Notes: generated from the letters alone by a model not told the origin. Shown: positions 10,222 through 20,907, counted from the first letter of the stretch. The stretch: DNA of 64,000 bases from Pontiella sp. (GCA_050290185.1 JBNKHE010000003.1:128001-192000), one strand, 5' to 3'. Translations and numbers: made by a program.

Positions 10222-11301
10222 TCAGTCTTCCATTTGCTGTTTGATGCGCACCTCGACGTCATGTTCGTAAAGTGCGGTCAGGATCTCATCGAGATCGCCT
10301 TCCATAACACGGTCGAGCTTGTATAGCGTAAGGTTGATGCGGTGATCGGTGAGGCGGTTTTGCGGATAGTTGTAGGTGCGGATTTTTTCCGAGCGATCGC
10401 CGGATCCGACCATGGATTTGCGTTCGCTGGCTTCGGCTTCGGCAATCTTGCGTTGCTGGTCGTCGTAGAGCCGGGCTCGCAGCACCTTCAATGCGGCGGC
10501 CTTGTTCTTGTGCTGCGAGCGTTCGTCCTGACACTGAACGACGACGCCGGTGGGGATGTGGGTGATGCGAATGGCGGAGTCGGTGGTGTTAACGTGTTGT
10601 CCGCCCGCACCCTGAGCGCGGTAGGTGTCGATGCGTAGATCTTCGGTGCGCACTTCGATATCAACTTCTTCGGCTTCGGCTAAAACAGCAACGGTGGCCG
10701 CCGATGTATGTACGCGGCCCTGTGTTTCGGTTTGGGGAACACGTTGCACGCGATGGGTTCCGCCCTCGTGCTTCAAGGACTTGTAGACCTCTTCGCCTTC
10801 TACGGTGAAGGAAACTTCTTTATAGCCACCGTCGGAGGGGCTGACATCCAGCACTTTGTGCTTCCATCCTTTGGCGTCGAAGTAGCGCGTATACATGCGG
10901 TAGAGGTCGCTGCAGAAGATGCCGGCTTCGTCGCCGCCGGTTCCCGCACGGATTTCCATGATGACATTGCGGCTGTCGGTGGGGTCGGGGGGGATGAGGG
11001 ACACCATCATGTCGCGTTCGGCCTGTGGCAGTTTTTCCCCGATATCCGCCAGTTCCATTTCCGCCATTTCGCGCAGCTCCTCGTCGGAGCCGGCATCGGC
11101 CAGTATCGCTTCGCTTTCGGCTTTGGCATCGGTTAGGTCCAGAACGGTCTTGGCACACGCGGCCAGATTTTTTTGATGCGCATATTCTCTCATGCATTCC
11201 TGCATCTTATTCGGATCAGAGGAGACCTCGGGCTGCGACATGCGCGTTTCAAGTTCGCGGAGCTTGGATTCGAGCTGGTCGAGATATGCGTGATCAATCA
11301 T
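10222..11301 (-). CDS. prfA: Peptide chain release factor 1
   Basis: [20 protein letters not shown] (PxT motif of RF1), GAGGQHVN and [12 protein letters not shown]. Confidence 0.97.
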   Translation of the reverse strand: MIDHAYLDQLESKLRELETRMSQPEVSSDPNKMQECMREYAHQKNLAACAKTVLDLTDAKAESEAILADAGSDEELREMAEMELADIGEKLPQAERDMMVSLIPPDPTDSRNVIMEIRAGTGGDEAGIFCSDLYRMYTRYFDAKGWKHKVLDVSPSDGGYKEVSFTVEGEEVYKSLKHEGGTHRVQRVPQTETQGRVHTSAATVAVLAEAEEVDIEVRTEDLRIDTYRAQGAGGQHVNTTDSAIRITHIPTGVVVQCQDERSQHKNKAAALKVLRARLYDDQQRKIAEAEASERKSMVGSGDRSEKIRTYNYPQNRLTDHRINLTLYKLDRVMEGDLDEILTALYEHDVEVRIKQQMED

Positions 11302-11338
11302 GGAGACCTACTGGTTGAGGGTAAAATGGTCTGGACAC

Positions 11339-11371
11339 AAAAAGGCCGAACATGCTTTCGCAGGTTCGGCC
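11339..11371 (-). terminator. Intrinsic terminator after rpmE
   Basis: Minus-strand hairpin GGCCGAAC-CTGC-GAAA-GCAT-GTTCGGCC followed by TTTTT. Confidence 0.65.
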
Positions 11372-11387
11372 ATTGCAATCTAGTCGA

Positions 11388-11594
11388 CTAGTAAGTGCCT
11401 TCTGCGAAGCGCTTCTTGAAGCGGTCCACACGGCCTTCGGTGTCGATCAACTTGGCGCTGCCGGTGAAGAACGGGTGGCAGCTGGAGCAGGTGTTGACGT
11501 GCATTTCCTTGACGGTCGAGCGAGTGTTGATCTCGTTGCCGCAGGCGCAGCGAATGACTGCTTCATTATAATTCGGGTGAATATCTTTTTTCAT
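11388..11594 (-). CDS. rpmE: 50S ribosomal protein L31 (zinc-binding type)
   Basis: [23 protein letters not shown] and GRVDRF. Start ATG 11594. Confidence 0.95.
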   Translation of the reverse strand: MKKDIHPNYNEAVIRCACGNEINTRSTVKEMHVNTCSSCHPFFTGSAKLIDTEGRVDRFKKRFAEGTY

Positions 11595-11703
11595 GTCTAA
11601 AATCCTCGTGTTCAATTGGGAGCGTGGTTTTTAAACAAACCGGGCCATGCAACGCAAGGCTAACTTTAGTTTTTTTAGAGGCTTTTGGCCTGTTTTCAGG
11701 GAG

Positions 11704-12651
11704 CTATGTTGCCGAGGGAAGATCTTTGCGCGAGTAGCCGACCTCGGCCAGAACCTTGTCGGTGGTCTGGAAGTGGCACTTGGCGGTATCAAGCAAGATG
11801 CCGGGGCCCTTGTAGGCGACCAGTTTTTCAGCTTCGCGGCGCACTTTCTCGGAGGCTCCTTTGGGGACTTCAAAGCTATATTCCTTACCCATCTTTTTCA
11901 GGGCATAAATAAAACCTGCGCGTGCGAGAATCGAGGCGGCCGCTACGGCGGGGTCGGACTCCGCTTTTGTACGTTGATCCAGTTTGATCCTTCGGCCTTT
12001 GTCCAGAAGAGCCCGTTCTATCTGATGGGTGGGGCCGAATTTGTCGGATAAGGCGCGGGGGCAGTCGGGTACTTTTTCCAGCAGGTTTTCAATGGCGCGG
12101 GCATGCCCCCATGCCAGCATTTTATTAACATTGCGGATTTTCGCATACATCCGGTTGTAGGAGCGCGGACCGATGGTTACCAACGCACATCGGTCGCCTA
12201 GCAGCTTGCGGATATCGCGGGCCATATTCAGCGCGACGTTGTCGGAAGAAATTTTCTTGCTGTCCCGTACCCCCATCTCGCGCAGTTTGTGTACAAGACC
12301 CTCGTCGACATAGGCCGATGCGATTACCAGTGGTCCGAAAAAATCGCCTTTTCCGCTTTCATCAATACCCATATGGGGATTGAACGCTTCGGGATCCTGG
12401 AGGTCTTCGTAGCCGATGATGGCTTCTTTGAGAATTTCGGGTTCCAGTGTGAATGTAATCCATTCCTGGGCGCCCTTTCCTTGAACCAGTAGTTTTCCTG
12501 ATTTGTAAAGGTTTATTCTGCAGTCAGGGATCGAGACTGCAATTTTTGTGTGCGGGACGCTTTCCTGAAGATATTTTGGATTTCGCAACAATGCGGACAA
12601 GGCTTCCTGTTGCTCCTCATCTAATTTGAATGTAAAAGAATTTGTGCTCAT
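11704..12651 (-). CDS. rnhC: Ribonuclease HIII
   Basis: N-terminal LYKSGKLLVQG domain, GIDESGKGDFFGPLV, GVRDSK and VAAASILAR. Confidence 0.92.
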   Translation of the reverse strand: MSTNSFTFKLDEEQQEALSALLRNPKYLQESVPHTKIAVSIPDCRINLYKSGKLLVQGKGAQEWITFTLEPEILKEAIIGYEDLQDPEAFNPHMGIDESGKGDFFGPLVIASAYVDEGLVHKLREMGVRDSKKISSDNVALNMARDIRKLLGDRCALVTIGPRSYNRMYAKIRNVNKMLAWGHARAIENLLEKVPDCPRALSDKFGPTHQIERALLDKGRRIKLDQRTKAESDPAVAAASILARAGFIYALKKMGKEYSFEVPKGASEKVRREAEKLVAYKGPGILLDTAKCHFQTTDKVLAEVGYSRKDLPSAT

Positions 12652-12752
12652 TCAGGAATCCATACTATACAAAAGATGCTTTAGCTAATTAGAAATGGGC
12701 ATAAGTCGGATGAGGACGTTTTTCTGCCGCATTTCGCTTTGGGGTTAAACAG

Positions 12753-13214
12753 GTGAAATTAAACAGGCAATCTCTATCCATAGCAATCATCGGGGCCTTT
12801 TTGCTGACGACGCATGCTGGGGGGGCGCAGCTGAGCGCCGGCGAGGGCATGCCTGTTCCCAGTCATGCCGATGCTGCTGTGATCTTTGCCAAATACTCCG
12901 GCTTGTTCGATGAATATGTGTCAGAAGAAGCATCGCTTAATGAATGTGTTGCATTCTTGAATAGAAATGGAATATATTTCGGACTTCTTGAGGTTGTAAA
13001 TGGGTCCGATTTCACGCTTCACGACTGCGCAAGAGTGATGGGGCAGATGAATCTGGTCTTCTCGGGGGAGGCTGAATATTTGGCCGGCAAGGTAAAGTTA
13101 CCTTCAGGTATTGATTCGTGGGACGAATTCTGTATTTTAAATGATGTGAAGTACGTTCAAGGGTATGAAAGCTTGACGGAAACTCTTGTTATGTTGCGTG
13201 ATTTATTCCAATAG
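12753..13214 (+). CDS. Exported hypothetical protein
   Basis: 153-aa ORF with a signal-peptide-like N-terminus. First gene of the + strand cluster. Confidence 0.65.
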   Translation: MKLNRQSLSIAIIGAFLLTTHAGGAQLSAGEGMPVPSHADAAVIFAKYSGLFDEYVSEEASLNECVAFLNRNGIYFGLLEVVNGSDFTLHDCARVMGQMNLVFSGEAEYLAGKVKLPSGIDSWDEFCILNDVKYVQGYESLTETLVMLRDLFQ

Positions 13215-13277
13215 ATAAACTTGCGGATTAAAGAGTAATGTGGTTGTGTGTATCAAACCTAAATAGAGGATCGTGGT

Positions 13278-13826
13278 ATGAATAGACAAAGTTGGGTAGT
13301 TGCATTGATGGTCGGTTTGCTGACTTTTACCGGAATGGTTAACCAAGCGGATGCGCAATCGGCAGTGCCTGGCGATGTTGCTGCCAAGCTAGCCGCCGCC
13401 GAGGAAGCTGTTGCTCAGGCACGGGATGCCATCTCGAAAGGCAAGGAGCTGGTGGCACAGATTCCTGAAGACTCTCCGTATCTTCCGGAAGTCACCAAGA
13501 TGTTGCAGGCCGCGTCTTCTAATTGGAAGATGGCCGTGGAGTCGCTAAAAGGTGCGACTGAAAGTTCGCTAAAGATTTCTACAGCGTCCACCGAGGCCCT
13601 GTCCAAGGATTACGCATTGCTCGCCAAGGTAAACTCGGATGTAGCCCTCTCTGGTGCGAAGGTGGTTCAAATCGGTTTGGCTTATGTGGAAGCCGTCGCA
13701 ATGAACAAAACGGAAGCACTCGATCTGATTCGCGGCGTGATGCAGGATGCGCTCGCTGCTTCTTCTCAGGTGCAGTTTAACTATGATCGGGTGAAAAGCC
13801 TCATCTCGGAAAAGTACGCTAACTAA
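13278..13826 (+). CDS. Exported Ala-rich helical hypothetical protein
   Basis: GAGGA RBS and signal peptide ending ADA. Confidence 0.72.
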   Translation: MNRQSWVVALMVGLLTFTGMVNQADAQSAVPGDVAAKLAAAEEAVAQARDAISKGKELVAQIPEDSPYLPEVTKMLQAASSNWKMAVESLKGATESSLKISTASTEALSKDYALLAKVNSDVALSGAKVVQIGLAYVEAVAMNKTEALDLIRGVMQDALAASSQVQFNYDRVKSLISEKYAN

Positions 13827-13837
13827 AGGAGCCGGTA

Positions 13838-14413
13838 ATGAAAAAGAATCTATTTTTAAAAAGTGGCGTGCTCGCCCTGTTGTGCGCAACGGTATTTGTT
13901 GGCCAGTCTAAGGCGGCGGGTTTAGAAGAAGCTGCCGGTGTTATGGCCGAGGTTGAATCCATGTCTGTTAGTGCGAAAGCCAATCTGGCCGACGCCGCGC
14001 TCGGTGGGGATACGGAGGCCATTGCTGAAGCTAAGAAACGTTCGGATGCCATCGATGCCGCAGTTGCAGATGCGCGCGAAGCCTTTGCAAAACTGGAAGT
14101 GAACACGAAGAGCGGTGATGCGGATGCTGCTGAAACATCCGAAGATGATCTGGCCGCCGCGTTGGTTCAGGTCAAGGATGCTTTGATGGGTGCGATTCCG
14201 GAATCGATGACTGCGCAGGTTGATAAAAATAAATCCAAGAAGCACGCAGGCGGGAAGCCCGGCAAACCTAATGATCCGCCGAATATCAATGAAGTTCCTT
14301 GGAAGTCGCAGGGCATCAAGGCTTATTACCAAGGTTTGTTCGGAGAGTTTTGGAACGCATCTGCTTTCGGTCATGCAAGTGGCTTTGGCGACCGTGACGC
14401 TACGCCGGAGTAA
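13838..14413 (+). CDS. Exported Ala/Asp-rich hypothetical protein
   Basis: AAGGAG RBS, signal peptide, helical core, Lys/Pro linker and aromatic C-terminal tail. Confidence 0.72.
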   Translation: MKKNLFLKSGVLALLCATVFVGQSKAAGLEEAAGVMAEVESMSVSAKANLADAALGGDTEAIAEAKKRSDAIDAAVADAREAFAKLEVNTKSGDADAAETSEDDLAAALVQVKDALMGAIPESMTAQVDKNKSKKHAGGKPGKPNDPPNINEVPWKSQGIKAYYQGLFGEFWNASAFGHASGFGDRDATPE

Positions 14414-14456
14414 GGGGATCTAGGGTTGAATAACTCGATATAAGGGAGTTTTTATC

Positions 14457-15629
14457 ATGAGTAGTAAAACGTTTTGTTTGTCTGTTGCGGCTGTGTTGGT
14501 CGCGGTATCCGCCTTCTCCGAGCAGGAGCGTGTAATTCGTATTCAGAATCATCTGAGATTTGGTTTGGATGATAATATCTATGTGAATTCCTCCGAGCAG
14601 GATTCGGCCGAAGTTATGGATGTTCTGAATATATCCGGGAAGCTTAATTTTTCGAGCAGGTCTGATGCCGTATTCTCCTATCAACCGGAAGTTCGTTATC
14701 GTTTTGATGGAGATCCGAAAACGGTTACCTTTCATGATCTGTATGGAAAACTCGACCATGCCGTCTCCCAGCGGGTGTTCCTGACGGTTTCTGATCGGTT
14801 GCGGTACCAATTGCGCGATGCTCAGGCGGGTCAGGTTAATCGAACAGATTCCAACTACTTGAACAATGATTTGATGGGTGCGGCAGATATCACGCTGAGC
14901 TCCTTGAGCAAGCTCAAGGTGGGTGGCGGATATGAATTCAGAACGTGGGATGATGACAACTATGGGATGACCCTCGGAAACAACTATGACACATATACGG
15001 CCAGTCTTTCGCTCTTCAGGGAGTTGAGGAAGGGTACGACCCAGGGCATGGTTGGGGTGGAACAGGCTAATACCGAGTATGACGGTAGCCGGGGGAGTTT
15101 TGATAGGACTGCGCTGATGGTGGGCGCAGACCATACCTTCAACCCGAACATGACAGGCTTTGCTCGGGTGGGTGCATCACTTAATTCCATAGATACCGAA
15201 CTGGCGTCCGATGACTCAAGCACCCCGTATGTGGATGCCGGTCTTGACTACAATCCGACGGAAAAAACGAGCTTTAACGGTAATGTTGGCTACTCGGCTT
15301 ACCGTGCACAGAATTCATTCTATAATTCACAGGATCAGTTAATAATTGGGGTCGGTGTCCGTCATGACTTTACCGCGAAGATAAACGTTGCCAGTTCGCT
15401 GTCCTATATCATGAGTTCGTATGATGGTGCCGTGGTAACTCCGGTCGGAACTGTTGGCTTGGATACGAATGACGATTCGTTGCGGTTCAGTGTGCGCGGG
15501 ACTTATCAGATCAACCGCAACAACTTTTTGGAGCTCGGCTATGAGTTTACCGACCGTTCGGTTGATACGACTCTGTTGCCTGAGTTCACTCGAAATCGTA
15601 TGGATATAGGTTGGCGTCTCCGTCTCTAA
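14457..15629 (+). CDS. Outer-membrane beta-barrel protein, polysaccharide-export associated
   Basis: Signal peptide, DDNIY motif near the N-terminus, alternating amphipathic strands and terminal strand IGWRLRL. Adjacent to wzc/wza. Confidence 0.75.
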   Translation: MSSKTFCLSVAAVLVAVSAFSEQERVIRIQNHLRFGLDDNIYVNSSEQDSAEVMDVLNISGKLNFSSRSDAVFSYQPEVRYRFDGDPKTVTFHDLYGKLDHAVSQRVFLTVSDRLRYQLRDAQAGQVNRTDSNYLNNDLMGAADITLSSLSKLKVGGGYEFRTWDDDNYGMTLGNNYDTYTASLSLFRELRKGTTQGMVGVEQANTEYDGSRGSFDRTALMVGADHTFNPNMTGFARVGASLNSIDTELASDDSSTPYVDAGLDYNPTEKTSFNGNVGYSAYRAQNSFYNSQDQLIIGVGVRHDFTAKINVASSLSYIMSSYDGAVVTPVGTVGLDTNDDSLRFSVRGTYQINRNNFLELGYEFTDRSVDTTLLPEFTRNRMDIGWRLRL

Positions 15630-15663
15630 CCGTTCGCTTTCTTTCAGTTTTGATTTGAATGCC

Positions 15664-15701
15664 AAGGTGGTGAAAGTTTACTTTCTCCACCTTGTTTTTT
15701 T
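15664..15701 (+). terminator. Intrinsic terminator-like hairpin between the beta-barrel gene and wzc
   Basis: AAGGTGG-T-GAAAGT/ACTTTC-T-CCACCTT stem followed by G and seven T. Confidence 0.6.
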
Positions 15702-15712
15702 AACTTGGAGTA

Positions 15713-17815
15713 ATGTATATGAGTTCAGAGCCGGAGCAGCAATCAAGCACCCTTCATTTTCTTGACTATTGGCGTGTCATACGTTCGCGAAAAGAAATCG
15801 TTCTGGCTGTAGCAATCCTGGTTGTTATTACAGGTACCGTATATACCTTAATGCTTCCAAATATCTATGAATCACAAGTGAGAATATCCGTTTCTGAAGA
15901 CACTCCTCAGATCAATCCCTTTGCCGCACAACAATCGTATTATTATACCCAATACAATCCCTATTTCCTGCGTACACAGTTTGAAATAATCCAGTCAAAG
16001 CCCATTTTTGATGCTGTTATCAACCGGCTCAACCTGCAGGAAGAGTGGGGGCAGGATGGCGAAAATGTGGCGCGTGAAGTAGCACTTAAGATTTTGGAGA
16101 ACAGTATCGATGTTATTCAGGATAAAGATACTTCTTTGATTCGGATCATCGTACGAACAGACGACCCCGACGAGTCTGCTCGAATTGCCAATGAGCTGGC
16201 CGAAGTCTACAAGGATTCCCGCCTTGAAATTTCCAGCAAAGAGATTCGAGGCGCCCTTGATAACATGGAAGAATCGCTCAAGGAACAGTCCGAGCGCGTG
16301 CTTGCTGCAGAGAAAATGGTGCAGGAAATCAGGGAGTCAAAAGGTATCGCTACTCCCGGCGAGACCACTACGGATATTGATGATTTCCAAATGCAGCAGA
16401 TTCTTGGGGATCGTCTTGCGGCTCAAAAGATCATGGTCGATGCCGGCGAATCCTTGAAAATTCTGGAAGATATGAAGGACAAGGATTTGGTCGATGTGGC
16501 TGCAGCCATTACGCAGGATCCCTTGGTCATGAACTCGATCCAGCAAATACAGGACATTGAAGTTCAGCTTAGTTCTGTCAACGCGGATTTTGGTCCCAAT
16601 CATCCCGAGGTGCAGCGTTATAAGAATCAAAAGCTTCAGGCGGAACAAGCCCTGAAGGACCGCTTGCAGGGGTTGCGAAATCGTCTTCAAACCGAATATG
16701 ATCTGGCAAAAAACAGATTCAATAAACTTGATTCATTGCTGGAAAGTGTAAAGACGACGACTATCGAGGAGCAGGGGGAAAAATATCTGCCATTCCGGAA
16801 AGCCTTGGCTGACCTTGAAAATGAGCGCTTTATCTATAACCAGTTGAATTCCCGGCTCCGTCAGGAAATCATCACGATGAGCGTTCCTCGCCATCCCGTT
16901 GAGATTATTGATACTGCTGAGCCGAATCGTCGTCCTGTTAGTCCCAATCTGTTCATGAATGTGCTGCTGAGCATCTTTGTGGGCATGGGTGCTGGCGTAG
17001 GCCTTGCCTACTTTATCGAATATCTTGATACATCCATCAAGACGGCCGATGATATCGAACGGATTCTCGGTTTGCCTGTGCTGGGGCTTATTCCCCAGAA
17101 AGTCCGGCCATTGATTGAAGAAGGTCCTGACAGCGAACATGCCGAAGCCTACCGTGTTCTTAGAACGAATCTCGCGTTTACCGAGGGAGGGGCGCATCAC
17201 GGGGCGTTCTGTGTGTTGAGTAGTGGTGCCGGTGAAGGTAAGTCTACCACGGTATTTAATCTGGCGTTCGTTTGCGCCCAGCAGGGAGAAAAGGTACTGC
17301 TCATTGACGCTGACTTGCGTCGCCCTGTACAGCATAGCATTCTGGGCGTTTCCAACCGCTTCGGTTTGACCAATGTGTTGCTTCGGGATGTACCTGTTGA
17401 AGAAGCTATCAAGGCGACCAGCGTGCCCAATTTGCACTTCCTGCCCAGCGGACGGTTGCCTAGAACCTCATTGGGAATTCTTGATCCGAAGCGCATCGGC
17501 GAGCTGATCACCAGCCTGAAATCGAAATACGATGTCGTTCTGATCGACACGCCGCCGTTGGTGGGTATCAGCGACTCATCCATCATTGCGAAAGAGGCCG
17601 ATGGTGCTATCATTGTAGTACAATATCGCAAGTATCCCCGCGAAATGCTTGCAAAGGCGCGTCAGATGATTGATTCACTTGGTGTCAAGGTTGTGGGTGC
17701 TGTATTGAATAACATCAATGTGATGCGCGACGATTACTACTACTACTACCATTCGTATTATTCGGATTATTACCGCAGTACTCAGAGCGATCTCTCTGAT
17801 GGAAATGATCTTTAG
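15713..17815 (+). CDS. wzc: Polysaccharide co-polymerase / tyrosine autokinase (Wzc family)
   Basis: Two TM segments around a coiled-coil periplasmic region, EAYRVLRTN, Walker A GEGKST, DADLRRP, IDTPP and C-terminal Tyr cluster YYYYYHSYYSDYY. Confidence 0.9.
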   Translation: MYMSSEPEQQSSTLHFLDYWRVIRSRKEIVLAVAILVVITGTVYTLMLPNIYESQVRISVSEDTPQINPFAAQQSYYYTQYNPYFLRTQFEIIQSKPIFDAVINRLNLQEEWGQDGENVAREVALKILENSIDVIQDKDTSLIRIIVRTDDPDESARIANELAEVYKDSRLEISSKEIRGALDNMEESLKEQSERVLAAEKMVQEIRESKGIATPGETTTDIDDFQMQQILGDRLAAQKIMVDAGESLKILEDMKDKDLVDVAAAITQDPLVMNSIQQIQDIEVQLSSVNADFGPNHPEVQRYKNQKLQAEQALKDRLQGLRNRLQTEYDLAKNRFNKLDSLLESVKTTTIEEQGEKYLPFRKALADLENERFIYNQLNSRLRQEIITMSVPRHPVEIIDTAEPNRRPVSPNLFMNVLLSIFVGMGAGVGLAYFIEYLDTSIKTADDIERILGLPVLGLIPQKVRPLIEEGPDSEHAEAYRVLRTNLAFTEGGAHHGAFCVLSSGAGEGKSTTVFNLAFVCAQQGEKVLLIDADLRRPVQHSILGVSNRFGLTNVLLRDVPVEEAIKATSVPNLHFLPSGRLPRTSLGILDPKRIGELITSLKSKYDVVLIDTPPLVGISDSSIIAKEADGAIIVVQYRKYPREMLAKARQMIDSLGVKVVGAVLNNINVMRDDYYYYYHSYYSDYYRSTQSDLSDGNDL

Positions 17816-17844
17816 CAATAAATGTTTGAAAGAGGTTTGATAGA

Positions 17845-18483
17845 ATGATTCGAATTATATTTTTCCAACTGTTCATAGTAGCATCTATGCTGGTTTCTGG
17901 ATGTGTCGTTCAGCCCGTTAATGGCTCGTCGGTAGGGACTCCGGCTATCGGCGGCAACATGATCGATTCTGCGGCTCCGGGTGAGGCACCCGACACCCGC
18001 CAGATTAAGGCTTATGTACTGAAGCCTCAGGATCCGCTCTATATCCGTTTCAGCGGCATACAAGAACAACAGGTATTGGAAGTGGTGATCGATGAGAACG
18101 GTGAGATTAATCTATTGCATATCCATTCGCCGGTCATGGCTGCGGGACTTACCACTTCGGCGTTGGAAGACAAGATAGAGCGCCTGTACATCGATGGGGG
18201 AATCTACAAAACGGTGTCGGTCAACGTAACCATGACAGCGAAGGCCTACTATGTGCAGGGAGAGGTCAATGCACCGGGCAAGTTCCAGCTTACCAGTGGA
18301 ACGACGCTTATTCAAGCCATTGCCGAAGCCCGAGGTCCGACGCCATTTGCGAGCAAGAAGATTACCATTACACGGCAAGGACAAATCTATAAGTTCAACT
18401 GGAAGGAGCTCTTAGAGGATCCTTCGAAAGACGTAAAGATTGAAGCTGGCGACGTGATCAAGGTTTGGCAATCCTGGTACTAG
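17845..18483 (+). CDS. Short polysaccharide export (OPX/Wza-like) lipoprotein
   Basis: Lipobox LVSGC, Poly_export motif IDENGEINL...AAGLT and one SLBB domain (YVQGEVNAPG). Confidence 0.85.
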   Translation: MIRIIFFQLFIVASMLVSGCVVQPVNGSSVGTPAIGGNMIDSAAPGEAPDTRQIKAYVLKPQDPLYIRFSGIQEQQVLEVVIDENGEINLLHIHSPVMAAGLTTSALEDKIERLYIDGGIYKTVSVNVTMTAKAYYVQGEVNAPGKFQLTSGTTLIQAIAEARGPTPFASKKITITRQGQIYKFNWKELLEDPSKDVKIEAGDVIKVWQSWY

Positions 18484-18510
18484 GCATCACGTCTAAACGC
18501 CGCGAATCCC

Positions 18511-19143
18511 ATGGATAAGCCCCTGTCAAAGGCTAAGCGTATCGGTATCATTGGCGGTTCTTTTGATCCGGTGCATATTGGCCATTTAATCATTGCGCAG
18601 GATGCCCTTGAACGTTTGGAACTGGATGAGGTCGTCTTTGTTCCGGCGGCTATTCCGCCGCACAAGCAGCACCTTCAGCAGGTTGCTCCAAAGCATCGTT
18701 TGAACATGCTCAAACTGGTAACGGAGACCGATCTGCGTTTCTCGGTGTCCGATCTGGAGATTCTTCGAGGTGGCGTGTCATACACGCTGGATACGGTGAA
18801 GTTGCTTCGGGAAGAGCGTCCGGGTGTTGAGTGGGTTTTAATTGTCGGTAGCGATACGCTGGTGGATCTTCATAACTGGTACAAGATTGACGAACTTCTA
18901 GAGCTGTGCGAGGTTGCATCGTTCCTGCGACCAGGCGAAAGTTCAGTGGATGCAATCGTCAGGAAAATCAAGCTGTCAACGGATCGGAAAGAGCGATTAC
19001 TCGCTAATTTAATTGAAGCGCATTTGATCGAGATTTCTTCAACGGAGATTCGTATGCGGGTCGCCGAAGGGCTGGGAATTCGTTATCTGGTTCCTCCGGA
19101 GGTTGAAATGTATATTTGTGAACATGGTTTATATCGGGGATGA
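18511..19143 (+). CDS. nadD: Nicotinate-nucleotide adenylyltransferase
   Basis: GGSFDPVHIGH, PPHK, SYTLDT and ISSTEIR. Confidence 0.95.
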   Translation: MDKPLSKAKRIGIIGGSFDPVHIGHLIIAQDALERLELDEVVFVPAAIPPHKQHLQQVAPKHRLNMLKLVTETDLRFSVSDLEILRGGVSYTLDTVKLLREERPGVEWVLIVGSDTLVDLHNWYKIDELLELCEVASFLRPGESSVDAIVRKIKLSTDRKERLLANLIEAHLIEISSTEIRMRVAEGLGIRYLVPPEVEMYICEHGLYRG

Positions 19144-19505
19144 GGCTGGATGTGGAACAGGAAATAGAAATCATAAATGAGATTGTTGCGTTTTTTGATG
19201 AGCGTAAGGCCGAGGATGTTGTTGTGCTGGATCTGCGCCAGCATGCGAATATTGCGGACTATTTCATCATTGCCACCGGGGCGAACAAACCCCACTTGAA
19301 GGCGCTCTATGACGGCTTACAGCATTGTTTCAAGGAGGCCGGCTTCAAGGATTATCAAAAGGCGGGAGTTCCTGAAAGTGGCTGGATGATCATGGATTAC
19401 CAGGGCATCATGGTTCATATTTTTGAGCGGGATTTGCGCGACTTCTACGATCTGGAAAAGTTGTGGAAGGACGCACCGAGAATGGACGTGGAGGTTGGCG
19501 AGTAA
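19140..19505 (+). CDS. rsfS: Ribosome silencing factor
   Basis: KAEDVVVLD, DYFIIAT, WMIMDY and FYDLEKLW. Standard nadD-rsfS synteny. Confidence 0.92.
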   Translation: MRLDVEQEIEIINEIVAFFDERKAEDVVVLDLRQHANIADYFIIATGANKPHLKALYDGLQHCFKEAGFKDYQKAGVPESGWMIMDYQGIMVHIFERDLRDFYDLEKLWKDAPRMDVEVGE

Positions 19506-20905
19506 TGGCATTCAGAGTTTACAATACCATGAGCCGTGTGAAGGAGGAATTGACCCCTCTCGACGGCAAGCATGTGCGTATGTACACGTGTGGCCCGACC
19601 GTGTACAACTATGCTCATATCGGAAACTTCCGTGCCTACATGTTCGAAGATCTTCTCCGGCGTTACATTAAGTTTTGCGGTTTTGAGGTTACCCAGGTAC
19701 AGAACCTGACCGATGTGGATGATAAAACGATCCGTGCGTCCATTCAAGAGGGCCTCCCGCTCAAAGAATACACAAAGAAGTACATCGACGCTTTTTTTGA
19801 AGATTTAGCAAAGCTCAACATTGAACCTGCGGAGCACTATCCCGCGGCGACCGATTATGTGCCGGAAATGATCCAGCTGATTGAGACGCTTTTCGAGAAG
19901 GGCTATGCCTACCAGTCGGATGATGGTTCTGTGTATTACAGCATCGACAAATTTTCCGAGTACGGCAAACTCGCGCATCTAGACCGCGAAGGGATGAAGG
20001 CAGGGGCACGTGTGGCGCAGGATGAATACGATAAAGACAATGCCGCCGATTTCGCCCTCTGGAAGGCGTATGTTCCGGAAGATGGCGATGTGGTCTGGGA
20101 TTCTCCGTGGGGTAAAGGGCGTCCCGGTTGGCATATCGAATGTTCGGCTATGAGTATGAAACTGCTGGGCGAAAGTTTCGATATCCATACCGGCGGGGTC
20201 GATAACATTTTTCCACATCACGAAGATGAAATAGCCCAGTCGGAAGCCGCGTCCGGCAAGCCGTATGCAAAATACTGGATGCATTGCGGATACTTGGTGG
20301 TCGACGGAAAGAAGATGAGCAAGTCGCTTGGCAATTTCCATACGTTGCGCGAAGTTCTCGATATGGGCTACACCGGCCGGGAGGTGCGCTATGAACTGCT
20401 TTCTTCGCATTACCGCCAATCTCTAAACTTTGCGTTCAAGTCGCTGGATGCCAATCGCGCGGCACTGAAACGCCTCGACGAGTTCTATGCCAACATACTC
20501 GAGGCTGTTGGCGGCGAAACCGTTATGGGAGAACTGCCCGCATGGGCTGTCGAAACCCGCAAAAATTTTACCGCGGCGATGGATGACGACATGAACATTT
20601 CCGGGGCCATGGCTGCTGTCTTCGATACCGTTCACGCAGGCAATAAAGCCTTAGCGGAACAACCCCTGTCCGGCGCGGAAGCGCTTGCCGTGGCCAATCT
20701 TTGGAAGGAGCTCGACTCTGTGCTGGGTATACTCATACACCAGGAAGAGGCGATTCCCGCCGAAGTGCTGGAGCTGCTTGACGCCCGCACCGTGGCGCGC
20801 ACTGAAAAAAACTGGGCGGAATCGGACCGGATTCGCGATGCATTGGCTGAACAGGGCTGGACCGTGAAGGATACCCCTGAAGGCCCAAAACTCAGAAAAC
20901 TCTAG
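19505..20905 (+). CDS. cysS: Cysteine--tRNA ligase
   Basis: CGPTVY, HIGN, GRPGWHIECSAM and KMSKS. Start ATG 19505 (TAATG overlap). Confidence 0.97.
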   Translation: MAFRVYNTMSRVKEELTPLDGKHVRMYTCGPTVYNYAHIGNFRAYMFEDLLRRYIKFCGFEVTQVQNLTDVDDKTIRASIQEGLPLKEYTKKYIDAFFEDLAKLNIEPAEHYPAATDYVPEMIQLIETLFEKGYAYQSDDGSVYYSIDKFSEYGKLAHLDREGMKAGARVAQDEYDKDNAADFALWKAYVPEDGDVVWDSPWGKGRPGWHIECSAMSMKLLGESFDIHTGGVDNIFPHHEDEIAQSEAASGKPYAKYWMHCGYLVVDGKKMSKSLGNFHTLREVLDMGYTGREVRYELLSSHYRQSLNFAFKSLDANRAALKRLDEFYANILEAVGGETVMGELPAWAVETRKNFTAAMDDDMNISGAMAAVFDTVHAGNKALAEQPLSGAEALAVANLWKELDSVLGILIHQEEAIPAEVLELLDARTVARTEKNWAESDRIRDALAEQGWTVKDTPEGPKLRKL

Positions 20906-20907
20906 CC

